Origin: Candidatus Binatia bacterium
Lineage (GTDB): Bacteria; Desulfobacterota; Binatia; HRBIN30
DNA: 64,000 nt
NCBI GenBank assembly: GCA_038245295.1
Contig: JBBRSP010000024.1
Span: 1 to 64,000, forward strand
Direction of reading: 5' to 3'
The first letter of the stretch is position 1; each line of letters opens with the position of its first letter. Both the position numbers and the translations under genes were made by a program. Below, one piece after another: positions 19,893 through 29,943 of the stretch. Under the pieces are notes generated by a model, which saw only the letters and a list, made by a program, of their open reading frames with translations, did not search any database and was not told the DNA's origin.

Positions 19893-20215
19893 CCAGCCGG
19901 GCTACCGAATTGAATGACCAGACCACCGGTGATGATCAGTGCGAGACCGACCAGCGTGGAGACGGCGATTTGTTCTCCAAATACGAAGCGACCACACAGG
20001 ATGCTGATCGCCGCGAACACCGCGACATAGACGCCGAGCATACGCGAGAAGTCCCACGGCACCAGGTTGACCACGAGGCCGTAGCAGCCGAGGGCGACGA
20101 AGCCGGCGGCGATGCGCAGCAGCGCGCTGCCGCGCAGACCGGAGCGAATGGCGGCGTCACCGCCGACTTCGAGGATGGCGGCGGCGAGGAAGATGAGCCA
20201 GGCGAGTAGTGACAT
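19889..20215 (-). CDS. Small 4-TM membrane protein (YnfA/SMR-like)
   Basis: AAILEVGGD, four hydrophobic segments; ATGA overlap with rsmE. Confidence 0.75.
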   Translation of the reverse strand: MSLLAWLIFLAAAILEVGGDAAIRSGLRGSALLRIAAGFVALGCYGLVVNLVPWDFSRMLGVYVAVFAAISILCGRFVFGEQIAVSTLVGLALIITGGLVIQFGSPAG

Positions 20216-20310
20216 TTGCATGCTTCCCTTCCGCAGATGGGGTTACCGCAAAGACGCGGGCAAGGGCACGGGCAAGGGCAAGTTTGGTCAGGCGGCCGGC
20301 ACGATCCTTA

Positions 20311-21135
20311 TCAAACCTCGGGAGTTGGCAGCACAACGAGGATGTCGGCGTCGATCTCCGAGTGGCATCCCGGCGGGCCACTGGCGCGCGCGACAATCCG
20401 CAAGTGGTTCAATCCGGGCGTCAACGTTACCTCGACCGAGTATGGGTGGAACGGGGTGAACGTCACGGGCACCGGTTCGACACCGCCTTCGATCGACGCG
20501 TAGATCTGCTGGTATCCGACGAAGGGCAGGGTACCGGTGAGTGTGATCGACAGCTTGTCCCACGTTGCCGGCAGGGCGTCGAGCGTGATTCCACAGGAGA
20601 CAGGACATTCGAACAGCTCGCAGCGGCAGCCCTCTGTATCGTTGCCCGAGCAGCTGCCTAGGCGCGGGCTCCCGTCGGGACAAATACCCTCACACGCCCT
20701 CCCGTCACAGGCAAAGCCACAACTGCCTGGCGCCGGAGTCGAGGTTGCGGCGGGTGTCGGTGAGCTTGTTGGCGTGGCAATCGGTTCGCAACCGTCGAGG
20801 GCCCGGTTCACTGCAAGCAAGATCTCGTCGATGCTGACTTCGTTGTCACCGTTGACGTCCGCCACCTCACAACTCGACGCCGAAAATATCCCGAGGCTGA
20901 TGGCGACACTGACGGTGAGCTCGTCCACCGTCACTGCACCGTCCACGTTGCAATCCCCAGGGCAGGCAGGTTGCTGCGCCGTCCGATCCCACTGCCATGA
21001 AGTTGGCTCAGCGCCGTCCGTTCCCGGGCGCATCTCGCGCACCAGATGCGCCCCGTTCACCGCTGCTGCAGGTGTTGCCCCCCCGACTAACAGCGCGACA
21101 AGCAGCACCGAGGCGGCATAGTTGGACGCTTTCAC
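20311..21135 (-). CDS. Secreted dockerin-like domain protein with Cys-rich and Ig-like C-terminal segment
   Basis: Signal peptide, CPGDCNVDGAVTVDEL...DVNGDNEVSIDEILLAV..ALDGC; GTG start inferred. Confidence 0.72.
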   Translation of the reverse strand: MKASNYAASVLLVALLVGGATPAAAVNGAHLVREMRPGTDGAEPTSWQWDRTAQQPACPGDCNVDGAVTVDELTVSVAISLGIFSASSCEVADVNGDNEVSIDEILLAVNRALDGCEPIATPTSSPTPAATSTPAPGSCGFACDGRACEGICPDGSPRLGSCSGNDTEGCRCELFECPVSCGITLDALPATWDKLSITLTGTLPFVGYQQIYASIEGGVEPVPVTFTPFHPYSVEVTLTPGLNHLRIVARASGPPGCHSEIDADILVVLPTPEV

Positions 21136-21296
21136 GATCCGTGTATGCGCCGTTCGCGCGGGCGTCTCGAGTTGGAATCGAGCAATTCGTAGTGAGGAAG
21201 GAGGCAGCGTATTGCGCCCGGCGTGCCGAGGGTCGCGCCGGGCGCGGTTCGGCGTCACAGCCGACGTGCGCCAAGAAGACGCGATCGTCCTTCATA

Positions 21297-22042
21297 GCGG
21301 GCGCGCTTTTGAGGCGGCCGAGTCTGACTTCACCACGAAGAGCACGACGCTGGCTGTGGCCCACAACCCAACCCGAGGGCTCGCTGCCAAAGATGAATGG
21401 GATGAACACAGATGGCTTGCCAACGGCCATGGTCTGCATCTGTGTAACAGACGTTCCAAATCTTGTCGGTGCGCGAAGATTTTCTCGGTGCCGTATTTTG
21501 TCACCCCGTCATCCCGGCGAAAGAGTGTGTCGATTTACTCGGAAACCATCTTCGAAACCGAACAGACCCGTCATACCGGCGAAAGCCGGTATCTCGCCAG
21601 CTTCCGACGCTTCCAGCGCTGGGAGATCCCGGTTTTCACCGGGATGACGTTGCTCCACTGTGGTTTTACGACACACTCGAAAGCCGGGATCTCCTCGGCC
21701 GGAATCGCAGAAATGCTGAGGAGATTCCGGCTTTCGCCGGAATGACGGAGGTAGGGCTGGTTGGCCTGAGTTGGCTCCGGCTGGAAGCTGGGCTCTGTCC
21801 ATCTGTGGCAAAGAACCGCTGGGTGGTTCGAGGATGGCTCAATCGCCGCAGGACGCGCAATTTAACAGGATGGGCAGGACATACACGATGAACACGACAA
21901 CAACGCGTCCCCTGTTCCATCCTGTTTATCCTGTCCATCCTGTTGAATTCGTTCTGCGGGGCGTGGGGTTAGGTTGCGGGCAAAGCCCGCGTCGTGCTCT
22001 TCGTGGTGAAGTCAGACTCGGCCGCCTCAAAAGCGCGCCCGC
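21297..22042. repeat. Composite repeat block bounded by a perfect 54-bp inverted repeat (21297-21350 / 21989-22042)
   Basis: Exact reverse-complement match by inspection. Confidence 0.85.
21523..21678. mobile_element. REP-loop MITE, 156 bp, GAAA target duplication
   Basis: Perfect 10-bp TIR GAGTGTGTCG/CGACACACTC; GAAA at 21519-21522 and 21679-21682. Confidence 0.85.
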
Positions 22043-24162
22043 ACCCCGCCGTAGCCCATGAGCGGTGTGCCGTTCTTGAAGATGCCGCCACCGCGGTCGA
22101 CGATGTATTGCCGGTCGAGAAGGTTCTCGGCGGCGAGGAACACTTCGCCATCGATCACCGGCAGCCGGCGCGACAGGTAGCCATTGAGGATGAAGAAGTT
22201 CGGCAGGCGTTCGCGGTTCTCGGCGTCTTCGTACTGATCATCGACGAAGCGTCCTTCGAGGCCGATGGTGAACCATTCCGGGTTGTCGTAACGCGCGCCT
22301 GTGGTGAAGGCGTGGCGTGGAATCTGGGCTAGGCGCTTTCCTTTCAGTTGCAGGATCGGCTCGCCGTTTTCCGCTTCGTCGGGCAACAAGCCGCGACGCG
22401 CTGCCGCCTGGGTGAGGGTGGCGTCGGCGAACAGGTAGCTGCCCGACAGCGTCACGTGCGGTAGCGGCTCGTAGACTCCTTCAACCTCGGCGCCGACGGT
22501 GCGTGCCAATCCGAGGTTCTTGCGCGTGCGCTCCGTCACCACACCTTCCTCATTGATCTGGGTGTCGACGTTTACGATCGGGTCTTCGACCTCGTTCCAG
22601 AACCCTGTGGCGCGAATGTCGAGGTTGTCGAGCAACGGCAGGTCGACGCCGCCCTCGGCGCCGTTCAAGTGTTCGGCACTGAGACTCGGATTGTTGAGGA
22701 TCTGCAACTCTTCCACTTCGCTGCGCCGATAGAGCTCGGCCATCGTCGGAGCGCGAAAGGCGCGATAGGCGGCGGCGCGCAGTGAGACCCAACGGGCGGC
22801 GCGGTACAGGGCGCTCAAGCGTGGGCTGAACGACGCTTCCGACTTGCTGGCGAACGCGGTTCGACTCGCCGGGGCATCGTCGGGCGCCACGTCGAGACGA
22901 CCGTCGTAGTTGGTCCACACGTCGACGCGCCCGCCGAGGGCAAACTCCCAGCGCTCGGCCGGTGTGTAGATGCTTTGCACGAAGATGCCGGTGAGGAGTT
23001 GCTTGCCGCGCGCCCGTTGGCGTTCTTCGACGTCGCAGCCCGCCTCATCAAAGTGTGCATCGCGATTCTCGCCGTCGATGAAATGCAGATCTAACCCGGC
23101 GGTCACCAGCAGCCGCTTCTGCACGACACGCGACCACACCAGCGAGCCACCGACGTCGGTGTATGGTGTCTCTTGATACAGCGTCCGGTGTTCCGTGGTG
23201 CGCAGCGCGTCGGCTTCGGAGAACTGGATATCGAAACTTTGTAGCCGCGAGAAGATACCGAGTCGCCAGTCGCTACCGTCGTCGGTGTGCGCCACACCGC
23301 TAAGGTCGATGAGCCCGGCGTTGGTCGAGCTGTGGCGCAAATGTGTTCCGTCGCGGTGTTCTTCGTCGAAGTACTGACCGTGCAACGAGACGGAAGCGTC
23401 GGGTCCAACGGCGTAGCCGACGCGGCCGTTGAACGTTTCGTGGCGCGAGCTCGATTCACCATCGATGGGGCCACGCTGATCGGGGCGCGTCGTGTTGAAC
23501 CCATCCGTATTGAAGAAATCGCCGCCCAGGCCGAGGGTGAAGTCGCCGTGACGGCCGCTCAACGCGACGCTGTCGTCGGTGAGCCCGTGGGTTCCATAGG
23601 TTGCCTTCACGGCGGCGCCGTTGCTCGTCGGTTGGCGCGTGAAGATGTTGATCACGCCGGCCATCGCGTAGTTACCCCATAGGCTGGCACCGGCGCCGCG
23701 CATGACTTCGATGCGTTCGATCGAATCCTTGGGGACCTTGCTCCAGTTGACGGTTCCATCGAAGCCATCGACCAGGGGCACACCGTCAACCAGCACGAGG
23801 GCCCGACTGGCACCGCTTGGCCCGATGCCGCGTAGGGTGACGCCCTGGGCTTCCGGGTCGAGATTTGGACTGGTGACCATGCTGCTCGAGCGCCGGTACA
23901 GACTGAACCCGGGGATAGTGCGCAGGACGTCGTCGACCGCGACATTGGCGGAGGTTTCGACGTCGCGCTGATCCAGAACCGTCGTGCTCGTCCCCGCGGC
24001 CGTGGTCGCGAGATCGCTGCGGGTGGCGGTGACGACGACGGGCTCGAGGCGCAGCGCGTCGGCCGGCTGCCGTTCCGATTCGGCACGACTCCCCCCGGCG
24101 ATAGCGGCAAGCACGACTGGGATCACGACAACCCGTGTCACGCGTACAAACTCCACCCTCAC
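22027..24162 (-). CDS. TonB-dependent outer-membrane receptor
   Basis: VVVTATR TonB box, IERIEVMRGAGASLWG plug motif, ENLLDRQY, C-terminal Phe. Confidence 0.93.
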   Translation of the reverse strand: MRVEFVRVTRVVVIPVVLAAIAGGSRAESERQPADALRLEPVVVTATRSDLATTAAGTSTTVLDQRDVETSANVAVDDVLRTIPGFSLYRRSSSMVTSPNLDPEAQGVTLRGIGPSGASRALVLVDGVPLVDGFDGTVNWSKVPKDSIERIEVMRGAGASLWGNYAMAGVINIFTRQPTSNGAAVKATYGTHGLTDDSVALSGRHGDFTLGLGGDFFNTDGFNTTRPDQRGPIDGESSSRHETFNGRVGYAVGPDASVSLHGQYFDEEHRDGTHLRHSSTNAGLIDLSGVAHTDDGSDWRLGIFSRLQSFDIQFSEADALRTTEHRTLYQETPYTDVGGSLVWSRVVQKRLLVTAGLDLHFIDGENRDAHFDEAGCDVEERQRARGKQLLTGIFVQSIYTPAERWEFALGGRVDVWTNYDGRLDVAPDDAPASRTAFASKSEASFSPRLSALYRAARWVSLRAAAYRAFRAPTMAELYRRSEVEELQILNNPSLSAEHLNGAEGGVDLPLLDNLDIRATGFWNEVEDPIVNVDTQINEEGVVTERTRKNLGLARTVGAEVEGVYEPLPHVTLSGSYLFADATLTQAAARRGLLPDEAENGEPILQLKGKRLAQIPRHAFTTGARYDNPEWFTIGLEGRFVDDQYEDAENRERLPNFFILNGYLSRRLPVIDGEVFLAAENLLDRQYIVDRGGGIFKNGTPLMGYGGVRARF

Positions 24163-24244
24163 CTCCCGAGCTAAGCAACGAGGGTGCGTTCTATGCCAAG
24201 ACCATGCTGCGGATCAAATGGCAGCGGTGGAGGCGGCCTCTCAG

Positions 24245-24316
24245 CGCAGGCTCAAGCCTGCGCCTACCATGTGGCGTTTCAGGGTGTGTATCGGTAGGCG
24301 CAAGCTCCAGCTTGCG
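24245..24316. repeat. GTAG-type REP pair
   Basis: CGCAGGCTCAAGCCTGCGCCTAC ... GTAGGCGCAAGCTCCAGCTTGCG. Confidence 0.75.
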
Positions 24317-24384
24317 CCGCGGAATCGCCAAACCCGAAGCGCGGGCGTCAGCGGTTCTCGAACCGCCACGGCCGCGCTAGTCTG

Positions 24385-25071
24385 ATGCGCATGGTGAAGC
24401 TCATGTTCTTCTGTCGTCGGCGCGCCGACATTACACACGATCAATATGTGGACATGCTGCTGCGCGACCATGTGCCGTTGGCTCTGCGCCACCATCCGAG
24501 TATGCTGCGCTACACGGTGAACATCGTCGAGCTGTCGCCGAGTGAGGCGGAGGCGGACAGCATCGGCGAGCTTTACTTCGACAAACTGAGCGACTTCCAC
24601 GAGCGACTCTACGATTCACCGGCCGGCGAGAAAATCATTGCGGCCGACGTGCAGCGCTTCATGGGGCACGCTGATGCCTACGTCACCATGGAGCATATTC
24701 AGAAGGACGAGCAGCGGCCACCGGTGATGGGACAAGAATCGCCGTCGGTGAAGATGGTCTTCCCGATGCGTCGGCGCGCCGACATCACACATGACCAGTT
24801 TGTCGACCACTGGTTGGGCACGCACGCACCGCTAGCGTGCAAGCATCATCCTGGTCTGAGCAAGTACGTCACCAACGTCGTCGACGCGCGCCTGTCGCCA
24901 AATAGTCCCGAGTGGGATGGCATCGCCGAGTTGCATTTCCCGAGCCTCGAAGCGCTGGCGACCGGCATGTTCGACTCGCCCGCCGGCGAAGCGATCATAC
25001 GCGCCGATATCGAGCGCTTCATTGGGCCGATGTCGACCTACCGCGTGCGCGAGTTCGTGCAGCGTCGGTGA
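24385..25071 (+). CDS. EthD-family protein (two tandem EthD domains)
   Basis: Internal duplication RRRADITHDQ...H.PLA..HHP...Y..N...DGIAEL.F...DSPAGE. Confidence 0.88.
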   Translation: MRMVKLMFFCRRRADITHDQYVDMLLRDHVPLALRHHPSMLRYTVNIVELSPSEAEADSIGELYFDKLSDFHERLYDSPAGEKIIAADVQRFMGHADAYVTMEHIQKDEQRPPVMGQESPSVKMVFPMRRRADITHDQFVDHWLGTHAPLACKHHPGLSKYVTNVVDARLSPNSPEWDGIAELHFPSLEALATGMFDSPAGEAIIRADIERFIGPMSTYRVREFVQRR

Positions 25072-25077
25072 TTCGCA

Positions 25078-25827
25078 ATGGCCCGCGTTCTCATTCCTCT
25101 CCCCGATCGCGACTTCGACGTTACCGAAGTGGCCGTCCCGTGGCGCCTGCTGACGCGTGCCGGACACGTCATCGCGTTTTGCACTGAGAGCGGCGGCGCG
25201 ACGCCGCAAGCTGATCCGCTGTTGCTCACGGGAGTCATCTTTGGCCAACTCGGCGCTGAACCCGAGCCGTGCACCTTCTATCGCGAACTGCAGCAGGACG
25301 ACGCTTTTCGCCAGCCGTTGTCCTGGGGGACAGTCGACCTCGCCGCGTATGACGGTCTGCTGCTGCCCGGAGGCCACGCACCGGGCATGCGTCAGTATCT
25401 TGGTTCTACCACGCTACAGCAACGCGTCGCCGAGTTCTGGGCTCTGCAACGTCCCGTCGGCGCAATCTGTCATGGCGTGTTGTTGCTGGCGCGATCGAAG
25501 GATGCGGCGACCGGTAAGAGTGTCCTTTGGAACAAGCGCACTACCTCTCTGACCAAGATCCAGGAGCGCACGGCGTATTGGCTGACGGCGTGGAAGTTGG
25601 GTCGCTACTACCGCACGTATCCGGCCTACGTCGAGGACGAGGTCAAGTCGCTGCTCGCGAATCCCGCGCAACAATTCCAGCGCGGCCCGATCAGCCTGAC
25701 GCAGCGCGATACACAGGAGAATAACGAGCCGGCGTTCGTCGTGGTCGACGATAACTACGTCTCGGCGCGCTGGCCGGGTGATGCCTACACCTTCGTTCGC
25801 ACCTTTGAGCGAATGCTGCCGCCTTGA
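25078..25827 (+). CDS. DJ-1/PfpI (type 1 glutamine amidotransferase-like) protein
   Basis: DVTEVAVPW, LLPGGH, GAICHG, SARWPGD. Confidence 0.9.
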   Translation: MARVLIPLPDRDFDVTEVAVPWRLLTRAGHVIAFCTESGGATPQADPLLLTGVIFGQLGAEPEPCTFYRELQQDDAFRQPLSWGTVDLAAYDGLLLPGGHAPGMRQYLGSTTLQQRVAEFWALQRPVGAICHGVLLLARSKDAATGKSVLWNKRTTSLTKIQERTAYWLTAWKLGRYYRTYPAYVEDEVKSLLANPAQQFQRGPISLTQRDTQENNEPAFVVVDDNYVSARWPGDAYTFVRTFERMLPP

Positions 25828-25883
25828 GACCTCAGCCGTGTGCGTCCGGCGTCGAGGGCGCGCCGTTTACCGCGCCGTCGGCC

Positions 25884-26016
25884 GGATGCGGACCCTCACC
25901 CTAACCCTCTCCCACGGCCGACGATTCGATTGGAGGTGGGAGAGGGGACTCGCGGGACACTCCCTCTCCCGCCACGTTTGGAATCACAGACGGCGGGAGA
26001 GGGTCGGGGTGAGGGC
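25884..26016. repeat. 133-bp palindromic repeat (CCCTCACCCTAACCCTCTCCC...GGGAGAGGG family), left of DUF559 gene
   Basis: Direct copy at 26423-26555. Confidence 0.9.
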
Positions 26017-26074
26017 GCGCAATGGATTCCTTGCAGCCATTGCGGCTGGCACACCGCCACAACATCATCCGAGG

Positions 26075-26443
26075 ATGAATCACCCCGATCGCACAGCGCG
26101 TGCGCGTGTCCTTCGGCACAACCAGACGGACGCCGAATCGCTTCTCTGGCGGCATCTGCGCGCTCGCCAGCTGGCCTCGGCTAAGTTCCGGCGCCAACAC
26201 GTTATTGGGCGCTTCACCGTGGACTTCTGCTGCGTCGAGCACAGGCTCGTTATCGAGGTCGACGGTGGCGGTCATGCCGATCGCGCGGCATATGACACGG
26301 AGCGGACTCGCTGTCTCGAAGTCTGTGGGTTTCGGGTGATTCGATTCTGGAACCATGAGGTTCTCACCTCACTAAATGCGGTGCTTGAGCAGATCCTCGA
26401 CTGCCTGACCGGGCCATCGCCAGGATGCGGGCCCTCACCCTAA
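26075..26443 (+). CDS. DUF559 / Vsr-like PD-(D/E)XK endonuclease-domain protein
   Basis: ARVLRHNQTDAESLLW..LR, KFRRQH.IG.FTVDFCC, LVIEVDGGGH, GFRVIRFWN. Confidence 0.9.
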   Translation: MNHPDRTARARVLRHNQTDAESLLWRHLRARQLASAKFRRQHVIGRFTVDFCCVEHRLVIEVDGGGHADRAAYDTERTRCLEVCGFRVIRFWNHEVLTSLNAVLEQILDCLTGPSPGCGPSP

Positions 26444-26555
26444 CCCTCTCCCACGGTCGACGATTCGATTGGAGGTGGGAGAGGGGACTGTGCGACCGCT
26501 CCCTCTCCCGCCACGTTTGGAATCAACGATGGCGGGAGAGGGTCGGGGTGAGGGC
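26423..26555. repeat. 133-bp palindromic repeat, right of DUF559 gene (contains its TAA stop)
   Basis: Direct copy of 25884-26016. Confidence 0.9.
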
Positions 26556-26629
26556 ACGCATTGGGTCCACTCGAGGCTCGCGAAATCGGAGCGCGTCGCG
26601 TAGATTCGCGGCGACAGGAGGCCGATCGC

Positions 26630-26917
26630 ATGTGTCGCAACATCAAGACGCTCTTCAATTTCGAGCCGCCGGTGACGCACGAGGAGGTGCACGCCGCTGC
26701 CTTGCAATTCGTGCGCAAGATCAGCGGCTTCACCAGACCCTCGAAAGCCAACGAGGGGATCTTCCTCGCTGCGGTGGAAGACATTGCCCATATCGCCGAG
26801 CATTTTCTCGATTCACTCGAGTCGAATTCGGCGCCCAAGAATCGTCAAGAAGAGGCGGCGAAAGCCAAGGCGCGCGCCGCGGTGCGGTTTGGTGGGGAGA
26901 AGCGGAAGAGTGGCTAA
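26630..26917 (+). CDS. DUF2277-family protein
   Basis: MCRNIKTLFNFEPP...AAALQFVRKISGF; RBS AGGAGG. Confidence 0.85.
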   Translation: MCRNIKTLFNFEPPVTHEEVHAAALQFVRKISGFTRPSKANEGIFLAAVEDIAHIAEHFLDSLESNSAPKNRQEEAAKAKARAAVRFGGEKRKSG

Positions 26918-26918
26918 A

Positions 26919-27155
26919 CTAGGCTGCGGCGACGGCCGCGCGGCCCAGGTCGGTTAGCGAAAACACGGCGGTTGGGTCGTCGAAGACAACCAAGCCATCC
27001 TTAACCAGGCCCTCCATCAGCTCGGAGAACGCCTGATGCCCGGCCTGGTAGAATACCAGGCTGTGCGTGTGCAGCTCGCGCATCGGTATGGCGCCGCCCT
27101 TCTTCAGGATGAACTTCATCAGTCCTTGACGTGCCGCTTGCGGGTCGGTGGTCAT
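26919..27155 (-). CDS. Small hypothetical protein (winged-helix-like)
   Basis: RBS GAGGAG, LVKDGLV...FSLTDLGRA pattern. Confidence 0.6.
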   Translation of the reverse strand: MTTDPQAARQGLMKFILKKGGAIPMRELHTHSLVFYQAGHQAFSELMEGLVKDGLVVFDDPTAVFSLTDLGRAAVAAA

Positions 27156-27195
27156 GGGCGATCTCCTCGCACGAAGCTGTCGCCTCGTCGAGACC

Positions 27196-27331
27196 GCGCA
27201 GGCTAAAGACCTGCGCCCACCCCGCTCGCAGCGCCGCGGTGGGCCACACGGCGCAGGCTAAAGACCTGCGCCTACCTCCGACCCGGCGCGCATCGGCATT
27301 CGTTCCAGGTAGGCGCAAGCTTCAGCTTGCG
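27196..27331. repeat. Cluster of three GTAG/GTGG-type REPs
   Basis: GCGCAGGCTAAAGACCTGCGCCYAC twice plus GTAGGCGCAAGCTTCAGCTTGCG. Confidence 0.75.
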
Positions 27332-27393
27332 GAGAAAGGCACGGGCCGTCATGCCTTTCGCGTCGCCACGATTCGTGTGTTAGCTTCGCCGTC

Positions 27394-28245
27394 ATGCGCG
27401 TTGTCGGAATTGTCGCCAAACGGGGCTCGCTGCAGGCCGAAGAGCTGGCGCGGCAGCTGGTCGACTGGCTGCTGCAGAAACAGTGCACGCCGTTGACGGA
27501 GAACGATGATGCGGCGCCGTTGCCGCCGGCGGAAGCCGTCTCGAAACACGCCATGATCGAGCGCGCCGATCTCATCGTCGCCCTGGGAGGCGACGGCACG
27601 TTGCTCAGCGTCGCACGGGTGATGGACGAGCGCGCCGTGCCCATCCTTGGCGTAAATCTCGGCGGCCTCGGCTTTCTTACCGGTTTCACCGTCGAAGAGC
27701 TGTTCCCGGCCATGCAGCGTTGGCTCGATGGGACGGTGGTGATCGACGAGCGCATGACCTTGCAGGTGTCGTTGGTGCGCGATGGCCATACGATCGAGCA
27801 GCGGTTTGTGCTGAACGAAGCAGTGGTCAACAAGGGGGCGTTGTCGCGAGTCATCGATATCGAGACCACCGTCGATGGCCTCGAGCTCTGCACCTACAAG
27901 GCCGATGGTCTTATCGTCACGACGCCCACCGGCTCGACGGCCTACTCCCTGGCCGCCGGCGGTCCCATCGTTCATCCTTCGGTTGGCGTCATGGTGCTGT
28001 CGCCGATTTGTCCGCACTCACTCACCTATCGGCCGCTGGTTCTGGCCGACACCGCGGTTGTCCGCATCATGGCGCGGTCGCCGGATGAAGACGTCTTCCT
28101 GACCCTCGATGGGCAAGCTCCGATTCCGATGCGCGGTCGGGATATCGTCGAGATTCGCAAAGGCTCGGCGCGCATCCCGTTGGTGCGCTCGGATCGCGGC
28201 TACTTTGAACGGCTGCGCAGCAAGCTGCGCTGGGGCGAGCGCTGA
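27394..28245 (+). CDS. nadK: NAD kinase
   Basis: GGDGT, NE, DG..TPTGSTAYSLAAGGP; adjacent to recN. Confidence 0.96.
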   Translation: MRVVGIVAKRGSLQAEELARQLVDWLLQKQCTPLTENDDAAPLPPAEAVSKHAMIERADLIVALGGDGTLLSVARVMDERAVPILGVNLGGLGFLTGFTVEELFPAMQRWLDGTVVIDERMTLQVSLVRDGHTIEQRFVLNEAVVNKGALSRVIDIETTVDGLELCTYKADGLIVTTPTGSTAYSLAAGGPIVHPSVGVMVLSPICPHSLTYRPLVLADTAVVRIMARSPDEDVFLTLDGQAPIPMRGRDIVEIRKGSARIPLVRSDRGYFERLRSKLRWGER

Positions 28246-28251
28246 GCATCG

Positions 28252-29943
28252 ATGCTGCGGTCGTTGCGTATCAGTAATGTCGCCATCGTCGACGAGCTGG
28301 AGATCAGCCTGGCGCCGGGCCTCAACGTGCTCACAGGTGAAACCGGTGCCGGTAAGAGTATCATCACCCGCGCCATCGGCTTGTTGTGTGGGGAGCGCGC
28401 CTACACCGATCTGATTCGCACGGAATCCGACGAGGCGGAGATCGAAGGTCTCTTCGATCTGGCTCCCAGCGAGGTCGCCTTGCTCACCGATGCCGGCATC
28501 GCGGCGGCCGACGAGTTGCTCATTCGCCGCACCATCCAGCGCTCCGGCAAAGGCAAAGTGTGGATCAACGGCAGCCTGGCGACGGCGACGATGCTGGCCC
28601 AACTCGGGCGCGCCCTCATCCATCTGTACGGCCAACACGAGCAGACGCTGCTCCTGAAGAGTGAGAATCATCTCGACGTCCTCGACGAGTTCGGCAGAGT
28701 CGGTGCCGAGCGTCTGTCGATGGCCGCAACGTATGCGTCCTTTCGCGAGGCAGCCGATCGACTGACCAAAGCGAAATCGAGCGGCGACGCGGCGCGCCAG
28801 CGCGCCGAGCTGTTGCGTTTCCAGAGCCAGGAGCTGCGCTCGGCGAACATCGCGGCGGGTGAAGAGACGTCGTTGCAACAAGAACGCGAACGCCTGCGCC
28901 ATGCCGAGAAGCTCGGCCGCGCTTGCCAGGATGGCGAGGAGGCCCTCTACGCCAGCGACGATGCGATCGTCAGCGCCATCGGACGTGTGGCGGCGCAGGT
29001 CGAAGAAGCGACACGCATTGATGCCGAATTCAAAGCCCCTGGTGACCTGCTGCGCCAGGCGAGCATGCAAATCGAGGAAGCGGCTCTGCAGCTGCGACGC
29101 ATCGGCGGGCACATCCACGATGACCCGGAACGCCTGGCGGAGATCGAAGAACGTCTGGCCCTGATCAGCCGGTTACGCCGCAAGTATGACTGTGACGCCG
29201 ACGTACTGGCCGTGCGACTGGCGACTGTCTCTGACGAGCTCGACGAGCTCGACGCGCTGACCTCGGATCTCGGCGGCGTGGAAGAGACGGTACGAGAACG
29301 GGCGGCGACGGCGTGGGATTCGGCGCGTGCCTTGTCGACGGCGCGACAGAGCGCCGCGAAGAAGCTCGAGCGTCAGATGGCCAAGGAGCTTGGTGTGCTC
29401 GGCATGGAGGGTGGCGTGTTTCGCGTCGTCTTCACTGTCCGCGGTAGCGATGGGCCGCCGACGGGTGCCGACACGTCCGGCCTCACCAATCTTGGTGCCG
29501 ACGTCGTCGAGTTCTATCTTTCCGCCAACCCCGGTGAAGATCCTAAGCCGCTGGCGCGCATTGCCTCAGGCGGCGAGCTGTCGCGCATCATGCTGGCGCT
29601 CAAGACGCTGACGTCGAGCCACGGTGAGGACGCGACGCTGATCTTCGACGAGGTCGATGCCGGGATCGGCGGTACGGTCGCCGATGCCGTCGGCAAGCGT
29701 CTGCAGATCCTGGGCAAGTCGCGCCAGATCCTCTGCATCACCCACCTGCCGCAAATTGCCGCCCTCGCCGACCATCATTTTGGCGTCCAGAAACAGGTGG
29801 CGCGCGGCCGCACGACGAGTCAGGCGCGCGCCTTGGAAGGCGACGATCGCGTTCGCGAGATCGCCCGCATGCTGGGCGGCAATGACAGCGATTCGGAGCG
29901 TTACGCGCGCCGGCTACTCAATCCTGGCGGCAAACGTGCCTAG
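28252..29943 (+). CDS. recN: DNA repair protein RecN
   Basis: TGETGAGKS, coiled coil, ASGGELSR, IFDEVDAGIGG, ITHLPQ. Confidence 0.97.
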   Translation: MLRSLRISNVAIVDELEISLAPGLNVLTGETGAGKSIITRAIGLLCGERAYTDLIRTESDEAEIEGLFDLAPSEVALLTDAGIAAADELLIRRTIQRSGKGKVWINGSLATATMLAQLGRALIHLYGQHEQTLLLKSENHLDVLDEFGRVGAERLSMAATYASFREAADRLTKAKSSGDAARQRAELLRFQSQELRSANIAAGEETSLQQERERLRHAEKLGRACQDGEEALYASDDAIVSAIGRVAAQVEEATRIDAEFKAPGDLLRQASMQIEEAALQLRRIGGHIHDDPERLAEIEERLALISRLRRKYDCDADVLAVRLATVSDELDELDALTSDLGGVEETVRERAATAWDSARALSTARQSAAKKLERQMAKELGVLGMEGGVFRVVFTVRGSDGPPTGADTSGLTNLGADVVEFYLSANPGEDPKPLARIASGGELSRIMLALKTLTSSHGEDATLIFDEVDAGIGGTVADAVGKRLQILGKSRQILCITHLPQIAALADHHFGVQKQVARGRTTSQARALEGDDRVREIARMLGGNDSDSERYARRLLNPGGKRA

